Positions 1 through 8,853 are shown, counted from the first letter of the stretch. The stretch is 20,000 bases of DNA from an uncultured virus (IMG/VR IMGVR_UViG_3300031578_009156) (IMGVR_UViG_3300031578_009156), one strand, 5' to 3'. Numbers and translations are program-made. Notes: generated from the sequence alone by a model not told the origin.

Positions 1-877
1 AGAAATGCTGCAACCCCGCGTTTTCACCCTGGAGAACGTCTGGCCCTACAGGCATTTCGAATCGTTTGGGTACATTCTCGATTCACTAACAGGAATGGGC
101 TACTTCGTCCACTACGCCAATCTTAACGCCGCCGACTTTGGGGTTCCGCAGACGCGGAGGCGGCTGATCCTGCGTGCAGTTCGCGGCGGGCTGGTGCCCT
201 GTCTTCCCGTACCACGACCTTGGACGGGATGGTATGAGGCAATCGCTGATTTGATTGTCTCTCTGCCGGAGTCTGAGTTTGCACCCTGGCAACTGAAACG
301 GCTCCCAGACGCTCTGGTTGGAACAGTGCTCGTCTCGCAAGGAATCTCCAGAGACCACAAAGGCGGCGAGTATCCTATGGTGACCAGGAATGGGGGCAAT
401 CCTGCATTCACGGTGACGGCAAACACCAACATGGTTAATATGCGCGCCTACCTGGTCGGGGGACAATACGGGCAGCCCCTCGATGGGAACGACCGCCCCC
501 CACAGGTGAGGGATGGGGATGCGCCGAGTTTCACCGTGACGGCCAAAAATAAGGGGGACTGGCGGGTGTTCATCGTGGACGGGGGAAACGCGGGGCGGAC
601 CTCTACCGTCAGGATGGGCGATGAGCCAATGTTTACGGTCGATGCGATGCGGCTGACCAAGCACCCACATCGGGTATGGGTGGAGGGGCGGGTGGTACAA
701 ATGACGCCACGGGCACTGGCGCGGTTTCAGTCTTTCCCAGACACCTACATCCTGCCTGACAACAAGGGACTGGCGTGCAAGGTGATCGGGAACGCAGTCC
801 CCCCACTGATGTACCAGAGGATCATCGAGGGATTGAGGGAGACATTGATGAACACTGACCGAGGAGGTCTATCGTGA
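1..877 (+). CDS. DNA (cytosine-5) methyltransferase, 5'-truncated by window
   Basis: C5-MTase motifs ENV, AADFGVPQTRRR, ARFQSFPD and IGNAVPP; motifs I and IV are absent, so they lie upstream of the window. Confidence 0.92.
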   Translation, partial: EMLQPRVFTLENVWPYRHFESFGYILDSLTGMGYFVHYANLNAADFGVPQTRRRLILRAVRGGLVPCLPVPRPWTGWYEAIADLIVSLPESEFAPWQLKRLPDALVGTVLVSQGISRDHKGGEYPMVTRNGGNPAFTVTANTNMVNMRAYLVGGQYGQPLDGNDRPPQVRDGDAPSFTVTAKNKGDWRVFIVDGGNAGRTSTVRMGDEPMFTVDAMRLTKHPHRVWVEGRVVQMTPRALARFQSFPDTYILPDNKGLACKVIGNAVPPLMYQRIIEGLRETLMNTDRGGLS

Positions 878-1857
878 TCGGGATATTCCAGGGTAGAGGT
901 ATAGCAGATCGGGCACGGGCACACGCGCAGATCGATGTGGATTTTAGATCTCACGTACACCTGTTTAATAACGGCAGAAATCTCAACCCGCTGGGCGTGT
1001 TCCTGTGCGTGGCGCTTCACGCCAACGAGTACGGCTGGGCCTGGCCGTCACGGGATACCCTGATGCGCGAAACAGGAATTTCTACCCAAGAGGCCATGAC
1101 GTCTGCCCTGGCCCACCTGCGCCAACTGAGGATAGAGGACCAGCGGGTGTTCGCTCACTACCGCGAGATGGGCGAGGACGGACGGTACGGGCGGAGCGCC
1201 TACCTCATCTTCCCCGACCTCCCATCGGCCTGCATTCCGGATCAGTTCACGAACCTGCGCGAGTACGACCCCAGGGGCAGCCTGGCGGCGCTGGCGCAAG
1301 AGATCGAGGAGCACGCGGTGGCGGTGGTGCAGGAAAACGTCGCGTCCGTTGCGCTCTTTACGGACCTGTTCGGGGAGGGACCGCAGCCAACCGCACCACC
1401 CGCACGGACAACCGAGAGTGCTATGGCTGAGATTGCACAGGCCGAGACGCGGGCGTTCGCGCGGATCGCTGGCTCCCCGTGGCTGGCCTGGGGCAGCGGG
1501 AGCAGCATCATGGACCGCTACGGGCGCGAGGACATCCCCAAGGAGGCGGTGCAGCGGATCGGGCACGCCTTGGGGGAGTGTGGGCTGAAACCCGTCTGGG
1601 AGAACCCGAAAGAGGCCAAGTCGTGGGTGGCGGGTATCCAGCAACTCTACAGGGTTGCGGACGGGAACGTGGAGAGAGTTCTGCAGGCTATCGAGCGGGC
1701 GATAGCGGAGAACGCGCAACGGGCACCTACCGACCGCCTGACCCTGGTCAAGCCCCACAGTTTCGAGTTCGCGGTGCGTGACGCGATGGTGAGACAGGCA
1801 GAGGCGCAGATACCGGCAGTGGGTTCCCAGTTCTACCTGATCCAGGCGGAGGCATGA
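874..1857 (+). CDS. Phage replication initiator-like protein, N-terminal winged HTH
   Basis: LHANEYGWAWPSRDTLMRETG resembles HTH_36-type phage initiators; GGAGG RBS; directly upstream of and overlapping the helicase gene. Confidence 0.65.
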   Translation: MIGIFQGRGIADRARAHAQIDVDFRSHVHLFNNGRNLNPLGVFLCVALHANEYGWAWPSRDTLMRETGISTQEAMTSALAHLRQLRIEDQRVFAHYREMGEDGRYGRSAYLIFPDLPSACIPDQFTNLREYDPRGSLAALAQEIEEHAVAVVQENVASVALFTDLFGEGPQPTAPPARTTESAMAEIAQAETRAFARIAGSPWLAWGSGSSIMDRYGREDIPKEAVQRIGHALGECGLKPVWENPKEAKSWVAGIQQLYRVADGNVERVLQAIERAIAENAQRAPTDRLTLVKPHSFEFAVRDAMVRQAEAQIPAVGSQFYLIQAEA

Positions 1858-3257
1858 TGGGCAAACGAGCACAGAGCGGCACCGACAAAATGGTACCCCA
1901 CAACGAAGAGGCAGAGCAGGCGGTGGTCGGCTCACTGCTGATCGACCCCGAGGCGTTCTACCACGTCCCCTGGCTGAGGGGGGGGGACTTTCACGACCAG
2001 AGGCTCGCCTGGGTGTACGAGGCGGTCCAGGCCCTCCAGGAGCAGCGCAGCCCCGTGGACCTGGTGACCGTGTGCGATGAATTAGAGCGGCGCGACAGAT
2101 TGGAGCAGATCGGCGGGGTGGCCTATCTCACCCACCTGGTCAACGTCGTCCCGAGCGCCATTCACGTCGAGACCTACGGGCGCATCGTGGAGAGGATGGC
2201 GGGCCGGCGGCGCTTGCTCAACGTGGCGAGCAGTCTGGCGCAGTTGGCGTACCAGGATAGTGAGGACTTAGAGGACACACTGGCCCAGGCCGACCGTGTG
2301 TTCACGACCGCGCTGGCACGGAACGGGCACGGGCGGACCTTCACCGCCGGTGACCTGATCGGTCAAGTCTACGATGACGCTCAGATGTACTGCCAGAACC
2401 CGATAAAGGACGGGGAAACCCGATACCTTGACACTGGGTGGCCCGACCTTAACAAGGCGTTGGGTGGGTGGAAGACCGGCCTCTATATCATCATTGCGGT
2501 CCCCCACCTGGGCAAGTCGTGGTTCGTCTTGGACGCGGCAGCCAACGTGGCGAGCAGGGGGGGGCGGGTTCTGTTCTTCCCCCTGGAGATGACAGGCAAG
2601 CAGTTGATCGAGCGGCTCGTTCTGTCCACCGTCCACATCACCGACTACGACTATCAGCGCGGCGCGATACTGGAGGCTCAGTGGCCCGTGTTGGCGGCTC
2701 GGCTGGGCCAGGTCGGGGGGTGGGACCTCACTATAGACGAAGAGGCGGCCACCTTGCAACAGATACGCGCCTCAGTTCAGCGACATCACCGTGAGAAACC
2801 CCTCGACATGGTGGTGATTGATCCTCTGGGCATGATCGAGTTGGGCGGGGCAGGGGCAGAGAATAAGAACCTTGAGTTGGGTGGCGTGAGTCGGGCGCTG
2901 AAACTGCTCGCAAACAGCATAGGTGCTCCGATTCTGGTCCCCCACCACATCAGCGCCAAGAAGGTGGCAGAGCGGTCGAACAAGCGCCCTGAATTGAGTG
3001 ACCCATACCAAACAGGATATGCAGACATTATAGCGGACGTGGTTCTGGGGCTGTACCGTGACGAATTGTACAAACCTGAAACCGCTGCCTGCCACATCAT
3101 GGAAATCCTGGTATTGAAGGATCGGCTGGGAGGAAAAACAAAGGCCCAGGTTGACTTGTTCTTTTCGCTGTACGGGGAACTTCTGTCGGCAGAACGGCGC
3201 GCGGTTCCCGTGTATCTGGAGGGGGTGAGTAATGGAAATGGCAGTAACGGGTATTGA
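1854..3257 (+). CDS. dnaB: Replicative DNA helicase, DnaB family
   Basis: N-terminal PHNEEAEQAVVGSLL, TGWPDLNKALGG, Walker A variant AVPHLGKS, FFPLEM, VVIDP, RPELSD, ADVVLGLYRDELY. Confidence 0.93.
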   Translation: MMGKRAQSGTDKMVPHNEEAEQAVVGSLLIDPEAFYHVPWLRGGDFHDQRLAWVYEAVQALQEQRSPVDLVTVCDELERRDRLEQIGGVAYLTHLVNVVPSAIHVETYGRIVERMAGRRRLLNVASSLAQLAYQDSEDLEDTLAQADRVFTTALARNGHGRTFTAGDLIGQVYDDAQMYCQNPIKDGETRYLDTGWPDLNKALGGWKTGLYIIIAVPHLGKSWFVLDAAANVASRGGRVLFFPLEMTGKQLIERLVLSTVHITDYDYQRGAILEAQWPVLAARLGQVGGWDLTIDEEAATLQQIRASVQRHHREKPLDMVVIDPLGMIELGGAGAENKNLELGGVSRALKLLANSIGAPILVPHHISAKKVAERSNKRPELSDPYQTGYADIIADVVLGLYRDELYKPETAACHIMEILVLKDRLGGKTKAQVDLFFSLYGELLSAERRAVPVYLEGVSNGNGSNGY

Positions 3258-3675
3258 CCTGCGCTTGCGCGTAGGTATCCCCAACGTAGACGCTGCAATG
3301 CGGCGGCTGGCGGCAGCGCGGGTGCTCGAGGAGGTCCAGGGGTGTCTGGGCAAGCCAATGGGCATGCCTTACCTGGCAGCCTGGTTCCAGGCTGATGGAA
3401 GGGAGTGGTTGGACCTGGCGGGGATGGGACATCTGCTGGAGGTCCCGGCCGCAGAATTGGCCCAGCGTGTGTTCCAGTTCGCGCCCAGCCTGATCACAGC
3501 GCAGCGGTGCATCTACTGCGCTCACCTGGTGGGTAACGGGCGTGTGCGGTGTGAATCTGGCGTCTGGGAAGACGACTGGGATATGCGGGCGGAATACGCT
3601 ACCGCCACGGTGCGACATAGCAGCACCAGGTTCCCTGGCTGTCATTTGTTTGAAAAAGGAGAGGTGGAAGATTGA
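3232..3675 (+). CDS. Hypothetical phage protein (C-terminal Cys cluster)
   Basis: 147-aa ORF coupled to both neighbours; CIYC..C..C. Confidence 0.6.
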   Translation: MEMAVTGIDLRLRVGIPNVDAAMRRLAAARVLEEVQGCLGKPMGMPYLAAWFQADGREWLDLAGMGHLLEVPAAELAQRVFQFAPSLITAQRCIYCAHLVGNGRVRCESGVWEDDWDMRAEYATATVRHSSTRFPGCHLFEKGEVED

Positions 3676-4331
3676 GCACAATTGACGAAAACCAGAAGGT
3701 AGCAGACCTCATTGCCGCGGTCATCGAGGGAGCGATAGACGTCCCGTCGAGCGACCTGGAGGCCATGCGGCTCCGTTACATCCCCCAGGTGGGGGAGGTC
3801 GTGACCGAGGAGGAGTTCATTCAGCGCGGCGTGGACCTGGTGGCGACTGCGCGCAATTCCTTCACTCTCATAGGGGAACTGATCGGCTATAAGTTTGCCG
3901 TGGAAGGGGCAGATACCGAGCAGGGCAGGAACGCGATCGTGGGGCGGTATGCGCCCCAGTGGGGGGTCAGCCCGTCCACGATCTGGAAGGCGTGGGTGGT
4001 CTCCTCAGCAGGAATTGACCTACTGCCCGAGGACGCGCCCCCGACTCTCACCTACGAGATTGTGAGCGGGTGCGCCAATGCGCCAGAGGCGGAGCAGGTG
4101 TTGGACCTGGCCCTCGAGCGAGGCTACACGGTCAACGACGTGCGGGAGGTCAAGGCATTGCGGGCCCAGGGCCTCATCGAGGATTGGAACAAGTTGCGCC
4201 TGGTCCACAACGGAAACGGCACGATTTACGTTGACGATGGGCAGACGCGGGAGCCTATCGCCACCCTGCTGGCAGATACCGACCTGGCACGGGCGGGCGT
4301 GGCCTTGCTCAGGATGAGGGCGCGGGTATGA
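3672..4331 (+). CDS. Hypothetical phage protein
   Basis: 219-aa ORF, AGGAGAGG RBS, TTGA overlap with upstream stop. Confidence 0.65.
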   Translation: MSTIDENQKVADLIAAVIEGAIDVPSSDLEAMRLRYIPQVGEVVTEEEFIQRGVDLVATARNSFTLIGELIGYKFAVEGADTEQGRNAIVGRYAPQWGVSPSTIWKAWVVSSAGIDLLPEDAPPTLTYEIVSGCANAPEAEQVLDLALERGYTVNDVREVKALRAQGLIEDWNKLRLVHNGNGTIYVDDGQTREPIATLLADTDLARAGVALLRMRARV

Positions 4332-4343
4332 CACTATATCCTG

Positions 4344-4381
4344 TGTCACGAAAGTACCCTCCAGGCGTCACTTTCGTGACA
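4344..4381. repeat. Perfect 12-bp inverted repeat with 14-nt spacer
   Basis: TGTCACGAAAGT (4344-4355) / ACTTTCGTGACA (4370-4381), intergenic. Confidence 0.8.
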
Positions 4382-4400
4382 GAGAATATCACAAAATGGG

Positions 4401-5203
4401 GTGGAGACAATGATCCCACCTGAGTTAGCAGACTTCGAGACCTACGTGGTTGCATTCAGCGGTGGCAAGGACAGCACGGGCGCGCTCCTTTGGGCACTGG
4501 ACAACCTGCCCCCTGAGCGAATACGGGTAGTCTATCACCCCGTAGAGGAAGCGGACTTGCCCGAGGTTGATCCCTACATTGCCTATATCGAGGAGCGGCT
4601 GGGCGTGTGCGTGGAGAGGGTACGGGCGGGTGATCGGCCCCTCCCGCCCCAGAAGGGAGACCGGCCGCGCCAGGAATGGGAGTTTGAGGCTACACTTTTT
4701 GCCATGATTGAGAAGCGCGGGATGTGGCCGTCTGCGAAAGTTCGCTGGTGCTGTTCCTACCTGAAAAAATGGCCTGTGGCTCTCTATGCGTGGGAACTCT
4801 CTCGGCCTGTCCTCATAAGCGGCCAACGGGCAGAGGAGAGCGAGGCACGGGCTAAGCTGCCGGTGTTCAGCCTTGGTAAATCTGACCACCTTACACGGGC
4901 GATGCTTTCGACCTATCGCCCACTCTTGTACTGGTCGAAGCAAGAGGTTTGGGGGTTCCTGCAGCACCACGGCGTAGCACGCAACCCAGCCTACCAGTAC
5001 CAGGCACGGGTGGGCTGCTGGTGTTGCATCATGAGCAGTCCTAAAGAGGTCTTTCGCTTTTGCAGGAAGCACCCAGAGATAGCACAGGTGGCCGCTGACT
5101 TGGAGCAACGAATCGGGCACACTTGGCAGTATAGGCTAGCATTACAAGCCTGCTCCATCAGGCGCGGGCACAACTCACCTACTGGGAGGAACCGCATGAT
5201 TGA
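4401..5203 (+). pseudogene. PAPS reductase-family (PP-loop) protein with probable 1-nt frameshift near 5135
   Basis: VVAFSGGKDS PP-loop, RWCCSYLK, GQRAEESEAR, RVGCWCC; the shifted frame gives SITSLLHQARAQLTYWEEPHD* ending at TGA 5201-5203; the 4401-5324 ORF is a read-through fusion. Confidence 0.7.
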
Positions 5204-5324
5204 ACTCTGCGCAGACATGTGGACGGTCGCGGCTGATGCGCGCTGCATCACGACCAACGGTTACGTCAACAAGGCACACCTGTGCGTGATGGGACGGGGG
5301 ACGGCGAGACAGGCGGCAATCTGA
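5196..5324 (+). pseudogene. Truncated macrodomain-like (Appr-1-p) phage gene remnant
   Basis: Own GGGAGG RBS; MIELCADMW..ADARCITTNGYV..VMGRGTARQA resembles the macrodomain N-terminus; stops after 42 aa. Confidence 0.55.
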
Positions 5325-5375
5325 GAACCATACTTCACAGTGAAGTGAAACCAATTTCCTTAACTGGAGGATGAC

Positions 5376-5666
5376 GTGACTGAAGATACCAACGAGGCGC
5401 GGCGGCTGTTGCGTGATGCAGATCTCCGACAAGCTCTCTACACGTTGATGTGGGAACGCTATCAAAAAGGGAAGGCGCGCACAGAGCCGTGCGGCATATT
5501 GAGTGACGAGATGCTGTTGGGCGAATTGCGTCGCATCTTGGGTGGCGGCAGCCCGTCCATAACGGAACGGCTGACGAACCTGACCATGTACGTGCTCGCT
5601 GGCTCAGTGGCAGCGCTGATCCTGGCGGGCGTGGTGCGGCTGGTGGGGCTGATCCTGGGGCTGTAA
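5376..5666 (+). CDS. Small membrane protein, C-terminal TM helix
   Basis: GGAGG RBS; hydrophobic tail MYVLAGSVAALILAGVVRLVGLILGL. Confidence 0.6.
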   Translation: MTEDTNEARRLLRDADLRQALYTLMWERYQKGKARTEPCGILSDEMLLGELRRILGGGSPSITERLTNLTMYVLAGSVAALILAGVVRLVGLILGL

Positions 5667-6103
5667 TGAAGGGCGTCGGATTGGACGGCAAGTCCCATCT
5701 GGAGGCTGCCTTTTCTACTCTCTGGCACCAGATCGCTCCCGACTCCCCAGAGCCAGAGCACGACGTGACGTTCTATCCTGGCCGTGACTGGCGGGCAGAC
5801 TTCATCTGGAAGCCCCAACTCGTGCTGGTCGAATTGGAGGGGCAGGTCTGGGGGGCGCAGGTGCATTGTCAGGCATGCGGGGCGCTGGTGAAAAAGAGGA
5901 GCAAGGGCGGCAAGTGGTACGCGGTGCGCGAGGCGGGCGGGCGGCACGTCAGGGGCGACGGGTTTCAGAACGACGTGGACAAGTATAACGCGGCAGCCGA
6001 CCTCGGCTACAGGCTTTTCAGGGTGACGGCCAAGATGCTCGAGGAGGACCCCTACAGCATCATAATGACGGTGAAGGAGGCGGTGGAGGATGGGCAGAAG
6101 TGA
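5666..6103 (+). CDS. PD-(D/E)XK / DUF559-Vsr-like endonuclease
   Basis: SHLEAAF, WRADF..VLVELEG, GRH..GFQNDVDKYNAAADLGYRLFRVT. Confidence 0.75.
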   Translation: MKGVGLDGKSHLEAAFSTLWHQIAPDSPEPEHDVTFYPGRDWRADFIWKPQLVLVELEGQVWGAQVHCQACGALVKKRSKGGKWYAVREAGGRHVRGDGFQNDVDKYNAAADLGYRLFRVTAKMLEEDPYSIIMTVKEAVEDGQK

Positions 6104-6115
6104 CTGCTCTCCCCT

Positions 6116-7240
6116 CTAAAGAGGGGAGCTTCTAGGGCTTACACCCAAGCTCGCCAGTCCGCGAGCCAAAATGTTCAGAGACGCATTTAAGTCTCTGTCC
6201 ATTTCCAAACTGCAAAAAGGACAAGAGTGGACACGAACGGACAATGCTTTTTCGACAATCTGACCACAGCGAGAACACATCTTGGTGGTGTTGCGCGGAT
6301 CGACCAGCACACACGAACGACCGGCCCATGCTGCCTTGTACGTCGTGTACTGTACCAGTTGGCCCCACGCCGCATCCGAGATGCTCTTGTTCATGCTGCG
6401 CCAGTTGCCATCTTGCATGTCCTGGATATTCAAGTCCTCGAAGACCACGATCTGAAATTCATCTACCAGGCGTCTGCTGAGTTTGTGCGCAAAGTCGGCA
6501 CGCCGGTTCGCAATGCGCTGGTGGATGTGTTGAATTACCCGCTTGCATCGGGTATGCTCAGGTGTTCCCTTTTCGCACTTGGAGAGCTTGCGCTGTGCCT
6601 TGGCAAGCGCCTTTTCGTCCTTGCGGAAAAAACGCGGGTTGGCGATCATCTCGCCGGTGGACAGGGTCGCGAATTTTTCAAGTCCCAGGTCGATGCCAAT
6701 GACATTGGGAACTGGGGGCAAAGGAATGGACTCAACCTCACAGGAAAAGCAGGCATACCAATTACCCAAGGCGTCGCGCCTGACAGTGAGCGTCTTGATT
6801 TTACCCTCAATAGGGCGATGCAATCTGATCTTGACGTTGCCGATCTTGGAAAGATAGAGTCGTTCATCACTGGTGAGCTTGAATCCGCTCTGTGGATAGG
6901 TGAAAGAATCATAGCGGTCCGCTCCGCGAAACCGAGGATAGCCGGGGTTCTCTCCGCTTTCTCTCATGCGCCTGAAAAAGTGCTGGAGTGCCAGATCGAC
7001 ACGGGTTTGCGCATTTTGCAGACACTGCGAGAAAGCGTTCGAGAGTTCAGGCTTTTCCTGTTTCCATCTGGTGAGAAGTTTGTTTGTGTCGAACAGAGAC
7101 AACGACATCTGTTGTTCTTGCCATGCACCACGCCGCACCTCAAGAGTCTTATTGTAGACCCACCGACAAGCGTCGAGAGATACCTGCATGGCTTTGCGTT
7201 GGGCTCGGGTTGGATAGAGTCTGAACCGGAACGTCTTCAT
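6116..7240 (-). CDS. tnpB: RNA-guided endonuclease TnpB
   Basis: MKTFRFRLYPT HTH, RuvC-I GIDLG, RuvC-II FEDL, Zn finger CSRC/CPFC, RuvC-III DRDLNAS. Confidence 0.95.
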   Translation of the reverse strand: MKTFRFRLYPTRAQRKAMQVSLDACRWVYNKTLEVRRGAWQEQQMSLSLFDTNKLLTRWKQEKPELSNAFSQCLQNAQTRVDLALQHFFRRMRESGENPGYPRFRGADRYDSFTYPQSGFKLTSDERLYLSKIGNVKIRLHRPIEGKIKTLTVRRDALGNWYACFSCEVESIPLPPVPNVIGIDLGLEKFATLSTGEMIANPRFFRKDEKALAKAQRKLSKCEKGTPEHTRCKRVIQHIHQRIANRRADFAHKLSRRLVDEFQIVVFEDLNIQDMQDGNWRSMNKSISDAAWGQLVQYTTYKAAWAGRSCVLVDPRNTTKMCSRCGQIVEKALSVRVHSCPFCSLEMDRDLNASLNILARGLASLGVSPRSSPL

Positions 7241-7246
7241 GGCTCT

Positions 7247-7275
7247 ATTGTATCACGTATTAAGGCAGGTGTCAA
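7247..7275 (-). promoter_or_regulatory. Sigma70 promoter for a probably leaderless tnpB mRNA
   Basis: Minus strand TTGACA-N17-TACAAT, ending 6 nt before the ATG. Confidence 0.7.
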
Positions 7276-7833
7276 GTGCTTAATATCAGTAAACCGACGA
7301 CATTAGTGGCGTGTTCCCAGTGCGGGCGGGACTGGCCCCCCCAGCACCTGGTCGCGGGCCTGTGCGAGGACTGTGCGGCGAGGCGGATCGGGGCGCAAGC
7401 CCTCGTGGCCGCCTCCATCGAGGCGAGGGGGTATAGGGAGGGATGGGATCCCCAGGAGTTTGCAGCGCGTCAGTGTTGCAAACTGATGGAGGAGTTGGCG
7501 GAACTCCTGAAAGCCGTCTGCGACAAAAGCCCGACCAGTTACCACGTGTGGGCGTTTTTTCTGTCAGAGGGGGGCAGGCTGGCGCGGGGGGCATTCGATG
7601 GCCCGCGTGAATTGTGGTGGAAGGACGACCAGGTCCAGGTTGATGCACCACAGGCGATGAAGGAACTGGCAGACCTGCAGGTGGTCGTGTTCTGTCTGGC
7701 GCAGGTCTTGGTGGAACTAGCGGGGCAGCCGTTCGACATCGTGCGGGCGGCAATCGAGAAGGCCGAGGCTGGCGTGGGGCGGGGGGTGCGGGGGCAAATC
7801 GAGGGGGAAACAGACCAAACGCTTGACAAGTAG
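7276..7833 (+). CDS. MazG-like NTP pyrophosphohydrolase with N-terminal Zn ribbon (original start separated by IS)
   Basis: CSQC..CEDC; KLMEELAEL and KELADLQVV MazG-type motifs; original start is probably ATG 6090. Confidence 0.65.
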   Translation: MLNISKPTTLVACSQCGRDWPPQHLVAGLCEDCAARRIGAQALVAASIEARGYREGWDPQEFAARQCCKLMEELAELLKAVCDKSPTSYHVWAFFLSEGGRLARGAFDGPRELWWKDDQVQVDAPQAMKELADLQVVVFCLAQVLVELAGQPFDIVRAAIEKAEAGVGRGVRGQIEGETDQTLDK

Positions 7834-7851
7834 GGACCTATGATGTATAAT
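7823..7851 (+). promoter_or_regulatory. Consensus sigma70 promoter
   Basis: TTGACA-N17-TATAAT. Confidence 0.85.
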
Positions 7852-7883
7852 AGAGACAAATTGATGAGAGGAGGGGAAGGCAA

Positions 7884-8513
7884 GTGGTAGCAAGAGGAAA
7901 GCAGCAAGCGCGGGGCTTGCCATTGTGGCCCGAGGAGTGGGCGAACCTGGAGCAGTTGGCAGCGGAGTTCGACACGTGTCCCCCATCAGGCCCAAACGCC
8001 GGTCACCCATCGTGGCGTTCTCTGGTCAAGGAGATCGCGCGGGGTAACATCAGCCTGGTGCGGGAGAGCGAGGGGCAGGCAGTCCATAAACTGTACGACT
8101 CCAAGGTTTGCCCGTTCTGCGGCGAGACGACCACGGTGGTGGCGGGCGGGATTCCTCACCTGCGGGCGCACGTCCGCAAGGGGGAGGCTGAGGAGGTCTT
8201 GGTCGCGGGTGAGCGGCAGTTCCGCAAGCCTGGGGAGGTCTACCCCAACGAGGACGAGGTAGAAGTCGTGATGCGGGCGGGCGAGTACATCCCAGCCCCC
8301 ACGACCGTCTGCCCGTTCTGTGACCGCGAGGTAACGGCCTCTGGTGGCAGCGTATTGCACATGCGGGCACACGTCCGCAAGGGCGAGGCCGAGGAGATCG
8401 AGGTTGATGGCGGGCGCACGTTCCGCCGACCAGGGGAAACTTATGCCCCGAACAGGGAGCGGTTCGTGATCGTCATCAGGCGGGCTGGGGAGAGCGAGGG
8501 GCCAGCAGAATAG
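7884..8513 (+). CDS. Protein with two tandem C2H2-type zinc-finger repeats
   Basis: CPFC-X12-HLRAH and CPFC-X12-HMRAH, 67-aa period; AGGAGG RBS. Confidence 0.7.
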   Translation: MVARGKQQARGLPLWPEEWANLEQLAAEFDTCPPSGPNAGHPSWRSLVKEIARGNISLVRESEGQAVHKLYDSKVCPFCGETTTVVAGGIPHLRAHVRKGEAEEVLVAGERQFRKPGEVYPNEDEVEVVMRAGEYIPAPTTVCPFCDREVTASGGSVLHMRAHVRKGEAEEIEVDGGRTFRRPGETYAPNRERFVIVIRRAGESEGPAE

Positions 8514-8521
8514 GACGTACT

Positions 8522-8642
8522 GGGGGTGCTTGGCTTCGACGGGGGGCGGTGTGGTTGGTAGGTGAAAAGGCCCATTGAACGACACCGAAGGCCACGGATT
8601 GACAAACTCCGGACATGGGTTCAATTCCCATCACCTCCACTA
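8522..8642 (+). ncRNA. Miniature tmRNA-like RNA (tRNA-like domain only)
   Basis: 5' GGGGGTGCTTGGCTTCGACGGGG and 3' CTCCGGACATGGGTTCAATTCCCATCACCTCCA match tmRNA termini; acceptor stem has G3.U70 and A73; only ~120 nt long. Confidence 0.75.
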
Positions 8643-8698
8643 GCATGGCGCGTCAGGTGGACGTAGTCTGGGGTTCTGCATCAGGCAGCCATGCGAAC

Positions 8699-8850
8699 GC
8701 ACGGGGCAGCGAGGGCGGTCCGACGGATGGGCGTGGGCCGGGGCTACTGTTGGCCGAGGTGGTACTGGATACGCGGGCGCTGCCCGTAGTGGAGGGTACA
8801 ATCGGCGTCGGCATCGGCTAGGCCGAATGCGCAACCTCGTTGTCCCGTGT
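8699..8850 (+). ncRNA. Putative structured RNA of unknown class
   Basis: 16-bp closing helix 8699-8714 / 8835-8850 with 3 G.U pairs on the + strand. Confidence 0.4.
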
Positions 8851-8853
8851 GAC

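Larger units (their letters stand above)
6100..7285 (-). mobile_element. TnpB-only IS200/IS605-family (IS1341-like) insertion sequence
   Basis: Right end (minus) AGAAGCTCCCCTCTTTAGAGGGGAGAGCAGTCAC with hairpin 6109-6128; left end hairpin TATTAAG..CTTAATA; no TSD; excision restores an ORF in frame; only gene on the minus strand. Confidence 0.85.

Noticed and set aside
6227..7306. 359-aa + strand ORF
   Set aside because: Antisense shadow of tnpB with no independent motifs
8522..8642. Ordinary tRNA-Ala or integrase attP remnant
   Set aside because: No D stem or anticodon arm; both tmRNA ends are present and pair; no integrase nearby
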